Positions 39,255-47,837 of a stretch of DNA of 64,000 nt are shown piece after piece. Source of the stretch: Planctomycetota bacterium (lineage in GTDB: Bacteria; Planctomycetota; UBA8108; SXIK01); the NCBI GenBank assembly GCA_965223845.1, contig CBDCXR010000004.1:4320001-4384000 (forward strand), read 5' to 3'. The position numbers were made by a program, and so were the translations under genes. The number at the start of each line of letters is the position of its first letter. Within the stretch, counting starts at the first letter, position 1. Below the pieces are notes generated by a model. The model saw only the letters and a list, made by a program, of their open reading frames with translations, searched no databases and was not told the origin of the DNA.

Positions 39255-40964
39255 GTCTTCGCGCTCGGGCGCATCGAGTCGCCCCCCGATTCGATGGCGG
39301 TACTCGCCGAAGACGTCGCGGAGCGAACGCGCACGACCATCGTGCAAGAACCGCGACCGCTGTCCCGCGCCGCGGAGTGACGGGGGATTGAACTTCTTTC
39401 GGCCGGTCTCGTCTTCGAAACCGACGTCGTAGGTCGCGTGCGTCGTGTACGTCCGCGGCGCGTGGCACTCGGCGCAGCCGAGCTCGTCGAAGAGGCGTGC
39501 GCCGCGGCGAACCGCATCCGAAGCGGGCTCGATCGGGGGCGGTGGGCGAAGCGAGTGAAGATACGTCACGATGTCGCTCGCGCGCCGATCCCGAATCGCG
39601 GGTCCGCGCATAGTCGTCGCGACGCTTTGGTGCACCTGGTCCTGCAGTTCCTTCACGCCTCCGTTCCAGCCCCAAGGATCGGTGAGTCCGACTCCGAGAA
39701 GCGTCGGAATACTCTTCGGCGAGCCGTAGCCGCCATCGCCGAGCGTGTCGGCGAGGAGTCCGGCGGTGTGACCGTCCGAGTGGCAGCTGTGGCAGCTCAT
39801 ACGTTGGCCGAGAGAGAGCTCCGCGCTGAAGAAATCTCGCTCGCCGCGGTCTCGCGGGTGGTCTTCGGCTCTCGGCCCGAGCGAGATCTCGCGAGCGGCG
39901 CCCGTCTCCGACTCGACGACGTAGATGGATTCCGAATGCGTCGCAACGACGGCCACTCGACCACCGCCGACATCGACGATCCGCGTCGGCCGGTCCCCAG
40001 CGGCAACTCGCCTCGGCGCACGCTCGCCGTCGAGGAGAAGCACCTCGTCCACTCCACCGAGCGCGATCCAAGTTCGTCGATGGACGTCGACAGTGATTCC
40101 CGCGGGGTCCCCTGCGCCGCGATCGGGTTCGTCGAGAGTCCGCATCGCGGGCTCGAGCCGCGCCTTCGAATCGAGAAGACTCGCGAGGGCGATCGAGCTC
40201 AGCCCGTTCCGAATCAGCTTCCCCGAGTCGATCGCCTCCGGTGTGGTCGGTGACTCCGCGGAAAGAACCTGGTGCGTGAAGAGAAGCTCGCGGCCGTCCG
40301 GCGACAAGCCGAGCCCGCCGATATTGTGTCCGTCGATCGATCGTTCGCTCTCAACGCGCTGCGCACTCGATTCGAGGACCGCAAGCTCACCACCGAACGC
40401 TCCCGCGACGACCGCGTGACCCGACTCCGGAAGAACGAGTAGAGCGCCCGGAGCAAACGAGAGTTCGAGCTCGAAGAGCGGAGATCCCGAGCTCGAAGAA
40501 CCGAGTAGAGACTCGCGCGAATATACGGCGACCCGTCTCCCCCACCGCGACGCGACGAACACGCGATCGCGCCTCGAATCGACCGCGGCACGCCGGGAAT
40601 CCATCGCGACGGCGATTCGGCGGCGTACCGAGACGTCCGCCGAGTGTGCTTCGCCACCCGGAGCGTCGATCACGACGACTTCCGCGGTTTCGTCGTCGAG
40701 AGCGAGAAGTGACTCTGCGTCGAGCGCGACGAGGTCCGCGAGTCGCGCGGCGACCGGGACCGTCCGCACCGTCGCCATCGACTCGAGGTCGATGACAGAC
40801 AGATTCCCCGTGCGCCCTTCGGCCACGAACAGCGTCTTGCCGCGCGCGACCGCCGCGGCGGGTCGGCGTGCGACCTGCGCGGCGGTGCCGTCGGCGGAGA
40901 TCTCGAGTCCCATCCCCGAGGTGAATCCGGCGATCAAGACGAATCGAGCGAGACCGGTTCGCAT
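39228..40964 (-). CDS. YncE/YVTN-like beta-propeller plus di-heme cytochrome c (cytochrome c peroxidase-like)
   Basis: CHSCH and CAECH; PTLLGV..PWGWNG; PSLRG..FLHDGRA. Start is 40964 or GTG 41048. Confidence 0.85.
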   Translation of the reverse strand: MRTGLARFVLIAGFTSGMGLEISADGTAAQVARRPAAAVARGKTLFVAEGRTGNLSVIDLESMATVRTVPVAARLADLVALDAESLLALDDETAEVVVIDAPGGEAHSADVSVRRRIAVAMDSRRAAVDSRRDRVFVASRWGRRVAVYSRESLLGSSSSGSPLFELELSFAPGALLVLPESGHAVVAGAFGGELAVLESSAQRVESERSIDGHNIGGLGLSPDGRELLFTHQVLSAESPTTPEAIDSGKLIRNGLSSIALASLLDSKARLEPAMRTLDEPDRGAGDPAGITVDVHRRTWIALGGVDEVLLLDGERAPRRVAAGDRPTRIVDVGGGRVAVVATHSESIYVVESETGAAREISLGPRAEDHPRDRGERDFFSAELSLGQRMSCHSCHSDGHTAGLLADTLGDGGYGSPKSIPTLLGVGLTDPWGWNGGVKELQDQVHQSVATTMRGPAIRDRRASDIVTYLHSLRPPPPIEPASDAVRRGARLFDELGCAECHAPRTYTTHATYDVGFEDETGRKKFNPPSLRGAGQRSRFLHDGRARSLRDVFGEYRHRIGGRLDAPEREDLLAFLRSL

Positions 40965-41044
40965 CACCGCGCCCACGTCCGCTCGAGTCGTATGAGTGGG
41001 AACTCCGGTGTCGGCAACGGGGCGCGACGAACTTCTTCCGCTCT

Positions 41045-42829
41045 TCACCGCCCACTCCGAATGATTCTGATCGCGCGCTCGAGCACGGGGTCATTCCGTC
41101 CCAGGAAGTACTCCGGGCTCGGCTCGACGCGAACATCGGGAGCGACTCCATTCCCATCGAAGAGCTTCCCGTCGACCTGAAACGAGGCCATGGTTCCGAG
41201 TCGCACGTCGAGTGGACTACCGCTCAGCGGAATGCGCGTGGTAAACGCGCTCCCACCGCCGCTCGGAGTTCCGACGAGCGTCACGCCGCGCCAGCCCTTG
41301 AGCCCCGCGAGGAAGATATCCGTCGCGCTAAAGCACTTTTCGTTCGTGAGGACGACGACTGGCCGCCGGTAGTGGTAGACGCCCGGCCGATCGAGACGGC
41401 CGAGCACGAGGTAATGAAACTCGCTGAACTCGCCCGTCGGTAGCTCCCAGTCGGGCTTGAAGCGGCTGGCGAACGTTTTGATCGCCGCTCGTTCAGCCGC
41501 GTTCCAGCGTTCGTCGTTCACCCGATAGAGGAAACGGTGCTTCAGGTGATCTTCGGGGAGCGACGGGTCGAGACGGTACGCAGCGCAGTTCGCAACGCGC
41601 GGCTTGTCGCGGGGAGAGACGAGATACGAGAAGAAGAGCCGAAGTGCCTCCCGCGAACCGCCGCCGTTGTCGCGGACGTCGACGACGAGCCCACGCGTAT
41701 TTCGAAAGCGCGGCATCCATTCCTCGATTTCGGCGATCGCGGTCTCATCCATCGCTCGAATCCGGAGGTAGCCGATCTTTCCTGGGAGCTCGCGCGACTC
41801 CGTTCGCGGCCAAGTCCCGTAGGCGGGAAACCGTCTCGCGATCGGAAGCTCGATCCGGCGTCGTTTCCCGCGGGCCGATCGCAGCTCGACGCGAACGGTG
41901 CTCGATGAGGAATCGCCCAGCCGCGCGCGCCAGTGCGCGAGCCGACGCAGCTCCCGGAGGGCGTGGCGGCGCACGTACTGCGGAGAACCTTTCGGAACGA
42001 CGCTCGCCGCCCCGGAACACCATTCTTCGACCGTTCGGCCGTCGATCCGCGAAACATACGGATACTGGCTGTCGACAAAGGCCGACCGATCGGGCAAGAA
42101 CGCGACGAACTTCTCTCCGACCGGTTCGACGAGAAACGGCAAGAAGCCGTCGTCTCGGGTACGCGCGCTCTCGACACTCGCGTGGCCGTCGATGCCGAGG
42201 GCGAGAATCTCGGTGAGCCCGCGACTGAATTCCTCGAGACCGATCCCCTCGTCGACGCGCTTTCGGAGCGCCGCGATGGCTCCGTCGAAGTCCGCGCCGT
42301 TCGCCCGGTAGTACGACCAGCTTCTCCGGAGCGCGCGGGAGAATTCATCGAGCGCACGCGGGAAGTCATTGTCGTCCTCGCGCCTTTCGCCTCGTTGTCC
42401 CGCCCGAGCTCGCCGCACTCGCTCGCGATTGTCGTTCGTCATCTCGGCGCGCTCAACAACCGAGGCGTCGCGCGTCTTTCGATCGACGAGCTCGAGGCGA
42501 ACGGTCGTTCCCGGCGGTTTCCCTATCTCGCTCATCACTTCTACGAGATCTTCCGCGAAGCGCTTCTCCCAGTTGTCGGCGTAGGTCTTCCGGCAGAACT
42601 CGAGAATCTTGCGTGTCGAGAGGCCATCGATCGAGCGAAGCTCGTAGGCGCGCCCGTCGTACTCGACGCGAGCGCGAAGCCCGCGGCACTCCACTCGGGT
42701 AAACGGCGATAGCTTGGAGTAGCTTTGCGCGGAAGAGGGAATCGCCGTCGCGCAGCAAGCGACGACAGCCAAACATCGGACGAGAGGAGGCGGGAGCAAT
42801 CGAGCGAGCATTGCGGCGACGAACTCCAC
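41045..42829 (-). CDS. Secreted S41 family peptidase
   Basis: DGHA, IGYLRI, LVVDVRDNGGG, VVLTNEKCFSATDIF, LVGTPSGGG, GNGVAPDV. Confidence 0.88.
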   Translation of the reverse strand: MEFVAAMLARLLPPPLVRCLAVVACCATAIPSSAQSYSKLSPFTRVECRGLRARVEYDGRAYELRSIDGLSTRKILEFCRKTYADNWEKRFAEDLVEVMSEIGKPPGTTVRLELVDRKTRDASVVERAEMTNDNRERVRRARAGQRGERREDDNDFPRALDEFSRALRRSWSYYRANGADFDGAIAALRKRVDEGIGLEEFSRGLTEILALGIDGHASVESARTRDDGFLPFLVEPVGEKFVAFLPDRSAFVDSQYPYVSRIDGRTVEEWCSGAASVVPKGSPQYVRRHALRELRRLAHWRARLGDSSSSTVRVELRSARGKRRRIELPIARRFPAYGTWPRTESRELPGKIGYLRIRAMDETAIAEIEEWMPRFRNTRGLVVDVRDNGGGSREALRLFFSYLVSPRDKPRVANCAAYRLDPSLPEDHLKHRFLYRVNDERWNAAERAAIKTFASRFKPDWELPTGEFSEFHYLVLGRLDRPGVYHYRRPVVVLTNEKCFSATDIFLAGLKGWRGVTLVGTPSGGGSAFTTRIPLSGSPLDVRLGTMASFQVDGKLFDGNGVAPDVRVEPSPEYFLGRNDPVLERAIRIIRSGR

Positions 42830-42976
42830 TTCGGGACAAGCGGCAGGCGCGATCGACCGGAAAGCGTGGCCTGCGATTCGAGTCGCACCGCGCGGCGCAC
42901 GATGGGTCTGTCGAAAGAGAGAGTCTAACGCGGCGGGCGACCGGATTCTCGCTCGATCGATGCGCGTCGACCCGTT

Positions 42977-44572
42977 CTATTCGTCGAGGATGGTGAGCTC
43001 GAAATAGAGCGCGTGCTCGGTGACCGACTGCTTGAACTCGTCGATCGTCGCCTGAAAATCGTCGCGAATGCGATCACGCAGCTCCTGGAATTCCGCCTCG
43101 GTGTACGAGGTCCAGGTCTTCGTCGAGTGCTCGACCGTCGTCATGTCCGGCTTCGCGTCGGCGAATCCGGAACCGCCCTGGATCACGCGTCCGCGCGTCC
43201 GCTCCAGAAGGCGAACGTAGAGCGGATGGAAGGGCATCGTCCAGCCCTTCTTTTCCCAGCTCCACTTCTCGTCGGTGGGGATCATCGCGACGAGGTCGGG
43301 ATCCGTCATCATTTCGAGACCGAGATCGCGAAGCGTCGCGTTGTGGCTTCCGTGATGGCCGACCTTGTAGAAAACGACGCGCCGGAGGAGATCCTCGGCC
43401 GTCCGCGGGAGGTAGTCCCCGTTGCTGTCGAGTCCGCCGAATTCGAGTTGATGCCAAGACAGCCAGTTTCCGACCTGCGCGTCGCCGGGAAAGAGAAGGA
43501 CCTTGCCGCTTCTCCGGAGCTCGAAGGCGAGAACGAGACTCGTATTGTTCGTGTCGTCGTCGAGCTGCAGCGCGAGATCCGCGGCTCGATCGAGCCAATC
43601 GTAGTCGATGCGGCGCCACGACTCGTCCGCGTCGTCCCCGTAGTGAGTGCGAAAGAACGGGTTCGTCTTCGCCTGCTCGAGTGGCACGCCGTGCACGCCG
43701 GCGAAGGGACGCTGCTCTTTCTCGAGCTCCCGGTCTTCGCCATCGAGATCGTCGAGGCGCGCACTGAGCGCGGCGGCGACGAAGCCACGATTCGAGTCGC
43801 GACGCTGGCGCGCGCCGTAGGCGGCGAGGTGGCCGTAGACCTCCGAGTGCGCACCGGAGCTCGGCGCCGACTTCTCGAGCAGCGCGCCTCGCGGCGGCCC
43901 GAGGACGTGGATGTCGACCTCCGGCACATCCTCGATTTCGAGCCAGTCCCCGGGCTCGAAGTAGTGGTGCGTCTCGGAGACTCCGCGCGCGACCTTGATC
44001 GCGCCTTCGGTTTTCGGACTGAACCGGAAGCCGAAGAGCGAGGCCTCCGCTGCGCCGCGATCCGGTTCACCGTCGTCGTCGAGTCCCGCGCCGACGCCCG
44101 AGAATCCGAGCACGCTCGAGATCTCCGCTCCCGCGTCGAGACCCGCCGCACCGAGCGCATCACTCGCCGCAGCGAGCGCGCGCAGTCGGTCGAACCTCTC
44201 TTCGCCGAGCTCTTGCGCTTCGGCGTCGTCCTCATTCTCCGTCCACGCGAACCAGATCTCGCCGAACTGGATCTTCGTTCGATCCTCGAGAATCTTCCGC
44301 GGTTTCGAGTAGCTGAACCCGCCGAGGTGATCGAAGTGCTCGTGAGTGATGACGAGGATGTCGATGAAGCCGCCCGTCGAAGTGCGGATGTCCTCGACGA
44401 TCTTCTTCAGATGATCGCTCCCCCCAGACGTGCCGTAGAAGATTCCGCAATCGATCAGGATGTACTTCGCGTTTCCGTCGTCTTGGCGAAGTGCAAGGAG
44501 GAGGCAATCACCGAGGCCGACACGGTACATGCGGACCGTCACACCGGATTCGGGCGCGTTGAGGCGCGGCAT
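42977..44572 (-). CDS. MBL-fold metallo-hydrolase (ComEC/Rec2-like), cytoplasmic
   Basis: VGLGDCLLL, ILIDCG, ITHEHFDHLGGF, NNTSLVL, LFPGDAQ, YKVGHHGSHNAT; no signal peptide. Confidence 0.88.
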   Translation of the reverse strand: MPRLNAPESGVTVRMYRVGLGDCLLLALRQDDGNAKYILIDCGIFYGTSGGSDHLKKIVEDIRTSTGGFIDILVITHEHFDHLGGFSYSKPRKILEDRTKIQFGEIWFAWTENEDDAEAQELGEERFDRLRALAAASDALGAAGLDAGAEISSVLGFSGVGAGLDDDGEPDRGAAEASLFGFRFSPKTEGAIKVARGVSETHHYFEPGDWLEIEDVPEVDIHVLGPPRGALLEKSAPSSGAHSEVYGHLAAYGARQRRDSNRGFVAAALSARLDDLDGEDRELEKEQRPFAGVHGVPLEQAKTNPFFRTHYGDDADESWRRIDYDWLDRAADLALQLDDDTNNTSLVLAFELRRSGKVLLFPGDAQVGNWLSWHQLEFGGLDSNGDYLPRTAEDLLRRVVFYKVGHHGSHNATLRDLGLEMMTDPDLVAMIPTDEKWSWEKKGWTMPFHPLYVRLLERTRGRVIQGGSGFADAKPDMTTVEHSTKTWTSYTEAEFQELRDRIRDDFQATIDEFKQSVTEHALYFELTILDE

Positions 44573-44626
44573 CGTCGATACTCCGATTCGGAATGGACTC
44601 CGGGCTGAATCTACCGCGCGACGGAT

Positions 44627-46621
44627 CTATCCGCCGCAGGACCGATGGAGGGCGGCGAATGGCTCGCCCCGCCGCGAGCTCGAAGCACCGTAGTAAAGAG
44701 AGGCGAGCGAACCCTCGTCGCCGTGAATGAATCGCCGCTGGCGCTCGAGCCGGTCGCCGTCCGCTATGTCGCCGTGGGTGACGATCGCGTACCGGACGCG
44801 CCGGGCCTTGGGATCGAGGATCACCGTACACCCCGCGCGGTACGTAAAGTCTTCCGGCCCTACCTTACGCCCGGCGTCAGCCCGCTTTTGCTTCTCAGGA
44901 TCGAGATACCCGCGTCGCGACTGCGTAATGCTGAGGACGAGCTCGGTGGTCAGCTGTCCGCGAAATCCGGAGCGCCGCGCGGTTCGGACGCCGTGAACCT
45001 CGACCTCGGGAAGTCCGTCCTCTCCGGTGACGATCGTGCGGAGCTTCGTCCTTCCCAGCACGAGCCCGAGCGCACGCGCGGTCGCGGGACCGGCGAGCTC
45101 CCGAAGGCGATGGCGCACGATCTTCGCGCCTTCTCGCATCCCCCGCCACGCTTCCTCGCGGTCGGTCGAGAGATCCCAGGCGAGAGACCACTCGGCGTCT
45201 CCTTCGGCTCGGGGGTCGAACAGCCGATCGAGCTCCCGCCGGAGCTCGGTCTCGTCCACGCCTTCGAGCCGGAAGAACGGCCGCCAGCGGAGGCTGTCGA
45301 CGGAGAGACTGCGTACGCCGCGAGGATAGATTCCGTGGCGCCGAAAGGCCTCGACGAGCGCGATGCGGTAATGATGCGGATCATCTTCGAAGAGATCGCT
45401 GTCCGCGGTGATCAGCGCTCGCAAGTAGTCACCGAACGTGATGTCGACCGGCTGGCAATAGTCGATCGCGCGGATGCACATCCTGAGGACATGGTGCGCG
45501 GACTTTACCGCTTCGTCCGCCATCCGGTCGACGAGCTCGGGCGCGAGGCGACGTTCGGAGCCGCCATCGCCCGCGATCCGAACGAGATCGCTCACGCGGT
45601 TCGTGTAGATCGCGACGAACGCCTCGAACACCGCGGCAACGAGAATCGAGCCACGCGCGTGGGGCTCGCTCGTGCGTCCGAGGCGAGTCGGATCGGGTTC
45701 GCGCGGCCGCCATTCGCCACTCGTCGCATCGATCTCCCCGAGCGCGTCGCGAAGCGCCCCCCCGTGCCCGAGTCCGCGCCCGAACTCCTGCGCGAGCTCG
45801 CCGAGCAGATTCTGACGCGCGAGGTCGCCGCCGGTTTTCGCGATCTGATCTCGCAGCACCTCGCGGTGCGAAAAGTGCTGGAAGATCGCGACGAGATCGG
45901 AGAACGCTTCGTGAAACGCGAAGACATCCGGGTTCGAGACTTCCGCAAAGAGCGGGTGAACTCCGTCGAGGAGTGCGTGGGAAACCTCGTGGGCGATGAT
46001 GTCATGAGAGAGGCACGTGAAGACGATGTTCCCGGGCGCGTGAATCGTCGAGTGGCTCGACGCCGTGAAGTAACCGAAGAGGAGCGCCTTCTTGTCGGGA
46101 CTGTAGTAGGCGTTCGCCTCACGAAGAGCGTGCGGATAAACTCGCAGACGACGAACGAACTTGAGTTCGAATCCGCCGTCGTCGGTGAACTCTTCCCGCC
46201 CCGACCAGATGGCCACGCGACCGAGGGCCTCCTCGAAGAAGCCGATGGTGTTCATCGCGACGGCGTAGACCATCTGCTGATGGAACTGAGGGTGGTCTTC
46301 CGACGGAGCGAGTCCGTCCTGGGCGAGAAGGTGGGGATCGTTGAGATCGACGGGCGGATAGAAGCGGTCGCTCGCCGGGTCGATGTCGACCACCTCGAGA
46401 TACTCACCCACGGGACCGGGCTCGAGCGAAGACCGGCCCGTGCGAGGATCGTGCTCCCACGGCACGCAGAGAACGACCGAATTGATCATCGCGGTGTCGA
46501 GCCGACGCGCGAGACTCGGATCGAAGGCGTAGACGCGCAGACGCCGATGCGGCGGGCGCTGGACTCCGGACGGTGACGCGCCTTCCGAGCCCGGCGCGCC
46601 GCCCTGGTTCTCGTCGGTCAC
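44627..46621 (-). CDS. Thermolysin-like (M4-type gluzincin) metallopeptidase, cytoplasmic
   Basis: NAYY, DIIAHEVSHALLDG, FHEAFSD, EPHARGS; no signal peptide; GAGAGGAAGAGG RBS. Confidence 0.88.
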   Translation of the reverse strand: MTDENQGGAPGSEGASPSGVQRPPHRRLRVYAFDPSLARRLDTAMINSVVLCVPWEHDPRTGRSSLEPGPVGEYLEVVDIDPASDRFYPPVDLNDPHLLAQDGLAPSEDHPQFHQQMVYAVAMNTIGFFEEALGRVAIWSGREEFTDDGGFELKFVRRLRVYPHALREANAYYSPDKKALLFGYFTASSHSTIHAPGNIVFTCLSHDIIAHEVSHALLDGVHPLFAEVSNPDVFAFHEAFSDLVAIFQHFSHREVLRDQIAKTGGDLARQNLLGELAQEFGRGLGHGGALRDALGEIDATSGEWRPREPDPTRLGRTSEPHARGSILVAAVFEAFVAIYTNRVSDLVRIAGDGGSERRLAPELVDRMADEAVKSAHHVLRMCIRAIDYCQPVDITFGDYLRALITADSDLFEDDPHHYRIALVEAFRRHGIYPRGVRSLSVDSLRWRPFFRLEGVDETELRRELDRLFDPRAEGDAEWSLAWDLSTDREEAWRGMREGAKIVRHRLRELAGPATARALGLVLGRTKLRTIVTGEDGLPEVEVHGVRTARRSGFRGQLTTELVLSITQSRRGYLDPEKQKRADAGRKVGPEDFTYRAGCTVILDPKARRVRYAIVTHGDIADGDRLERQRRFIHGDEGSLASLYYGASSSRRGEPFAALHRSCGG

Positions 46622-46914
46622 TAGACTGCCTCTTCCTCTCTCGCCCGACTGCGTGCGGACGGAGACGGGTCGCGCGGCCTAAACCCGTACCCCATATGCC
46701 CATGCGCGCGATCGCCGAGCTCGCACGTTGAAGGCGCCGCAATCAACGAACGCGGCATCGAGTAGGCAGAATTGTGATCGAACAGGCGACGAATGTCCAG
46801 TTCGCCTCGACGCTCGACACTCCCGCTATTCGTTGCGCGGCGGATGAGGTAGAAGAGAACGGAACTGAAGAAAGCGTCACTCGAATTGTTCGCAACAGAG
46901 ATCTAGCTCGTGTC

Positions 46915-47481
46915 ATGAAACGCCCGATTCGCTGTGAATGGTGCGGGGACGATCCCCTCTACGTCTCGTACCACGACGAGGAATGGGGAGTCCCGGTTCA
47001 CGACGATCGAAAGCTCTTCGAGTTTCTCACGCTCGAAAGCGCGCAGGCTGGGCTGAGCTGGATCACCGTCCTTCGAAAGCGCGAAAACTATCGAAGGCTC
47101 TTCGCGGAGTTCGATCCGGAGCGCGTCGCGAGATTCAACCGCCGCAGCGTCGAGCGGCTGCTGCGTGACCCCGGAATCATTCGCAACCGCCAGAAGGTCG
47201 AAGCGGCGGTCAACAACGCGAAACGTTTCCTCGACGTAGTCGAAGAGTTCGGCAGCTTCGACTCGTACTCGTGGCGATTCGTCGGCGGCAAGACGATGAA
47301 GAATCGCTGGCGGACTCTTTCCGAAATCCCCGCGACCTCGAAGGAGTCCGACGCGTTCAGCCGTGATCTCAAGGCGCGCGGATTCAAATTTGTCGGCTCG
47401 ACGATCGTCTATGCGCACATGCAGGCCTGCGGCATGGTGAATGACCACGTCCGGTCCTGCTTTCGGCACGGCGAGGTGTAA
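46915..47481 (+). CDS. tag: DNA-3-methyladenine glycosylase I
   Basis: RCEW, YHDEEWG, LESAQAGLSWITVLRKRENY, IIRNRQK, GFKFVGSTIVYAHMQACGMVNDH..C. Confidence 0.96.
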   Translation: MKRPIRCEWCGDDPLYVSYHDEEWGVPVHDDRKLFEFLTLESAQAGLSWITVLRKRENYRRLFAEFDPERVARFNRRSVERLLRDPGIIRNRQKVEAAVNNAKRFLDVVEEFGSFDSYSWRFVGGKTMKNRWRTLSEIPATSKESDAFSRDLKARGFKFVGSTIVYAHMQACGMVNDHVRSCFRHGEV

Positions 47482-47837
47482 GGGGAGTCGTCTCAACACC
47501 TTCCGACGTGGCAGCGCCGGAGCGTGGGGCAGGTCTCCGAGTGCGAAGTAGTTGATTCCGCGCAATTCGTCACGCGGAGGGCCGCTCGATCGCCCGCGAA
47601 CGGCGCGTGGTCCCGTCAGTTTCTCTTGCACTCCGTGCGCGGGGCCTCGACGATGGCGCGCGTGGGAACGATGGACAGGGGTCCTCACGGGCCGCAGGTT
47701 GTGGAAGAGGAGGCAGTCACTGGGTGATTCGACGCTGATTGTTGTGGTCCCCCATCCTCGATGTCGGCGGCCCCGATCGCTCGTCCGCGGGGATGCGGTC
47801 TCGCAGTTTGTGGTAGGCAGTTTTGGAGGGAGATCTC

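Noticed and set aside
46915-47481. tag glycosylase as part of the protease-MBL module
   Set aside because: It is a divergently transcribed, ordinary DNA-repair gene, and only adjacency links it to the module.
47482-47837. Long leader upstream of the repeat protein as a possible riboswitch or ncRNA (also 34452-34838)
   Set aside because: I could not recognise any riboswitch consensus. An Rfam/Infernal scan would be needed to support a call.
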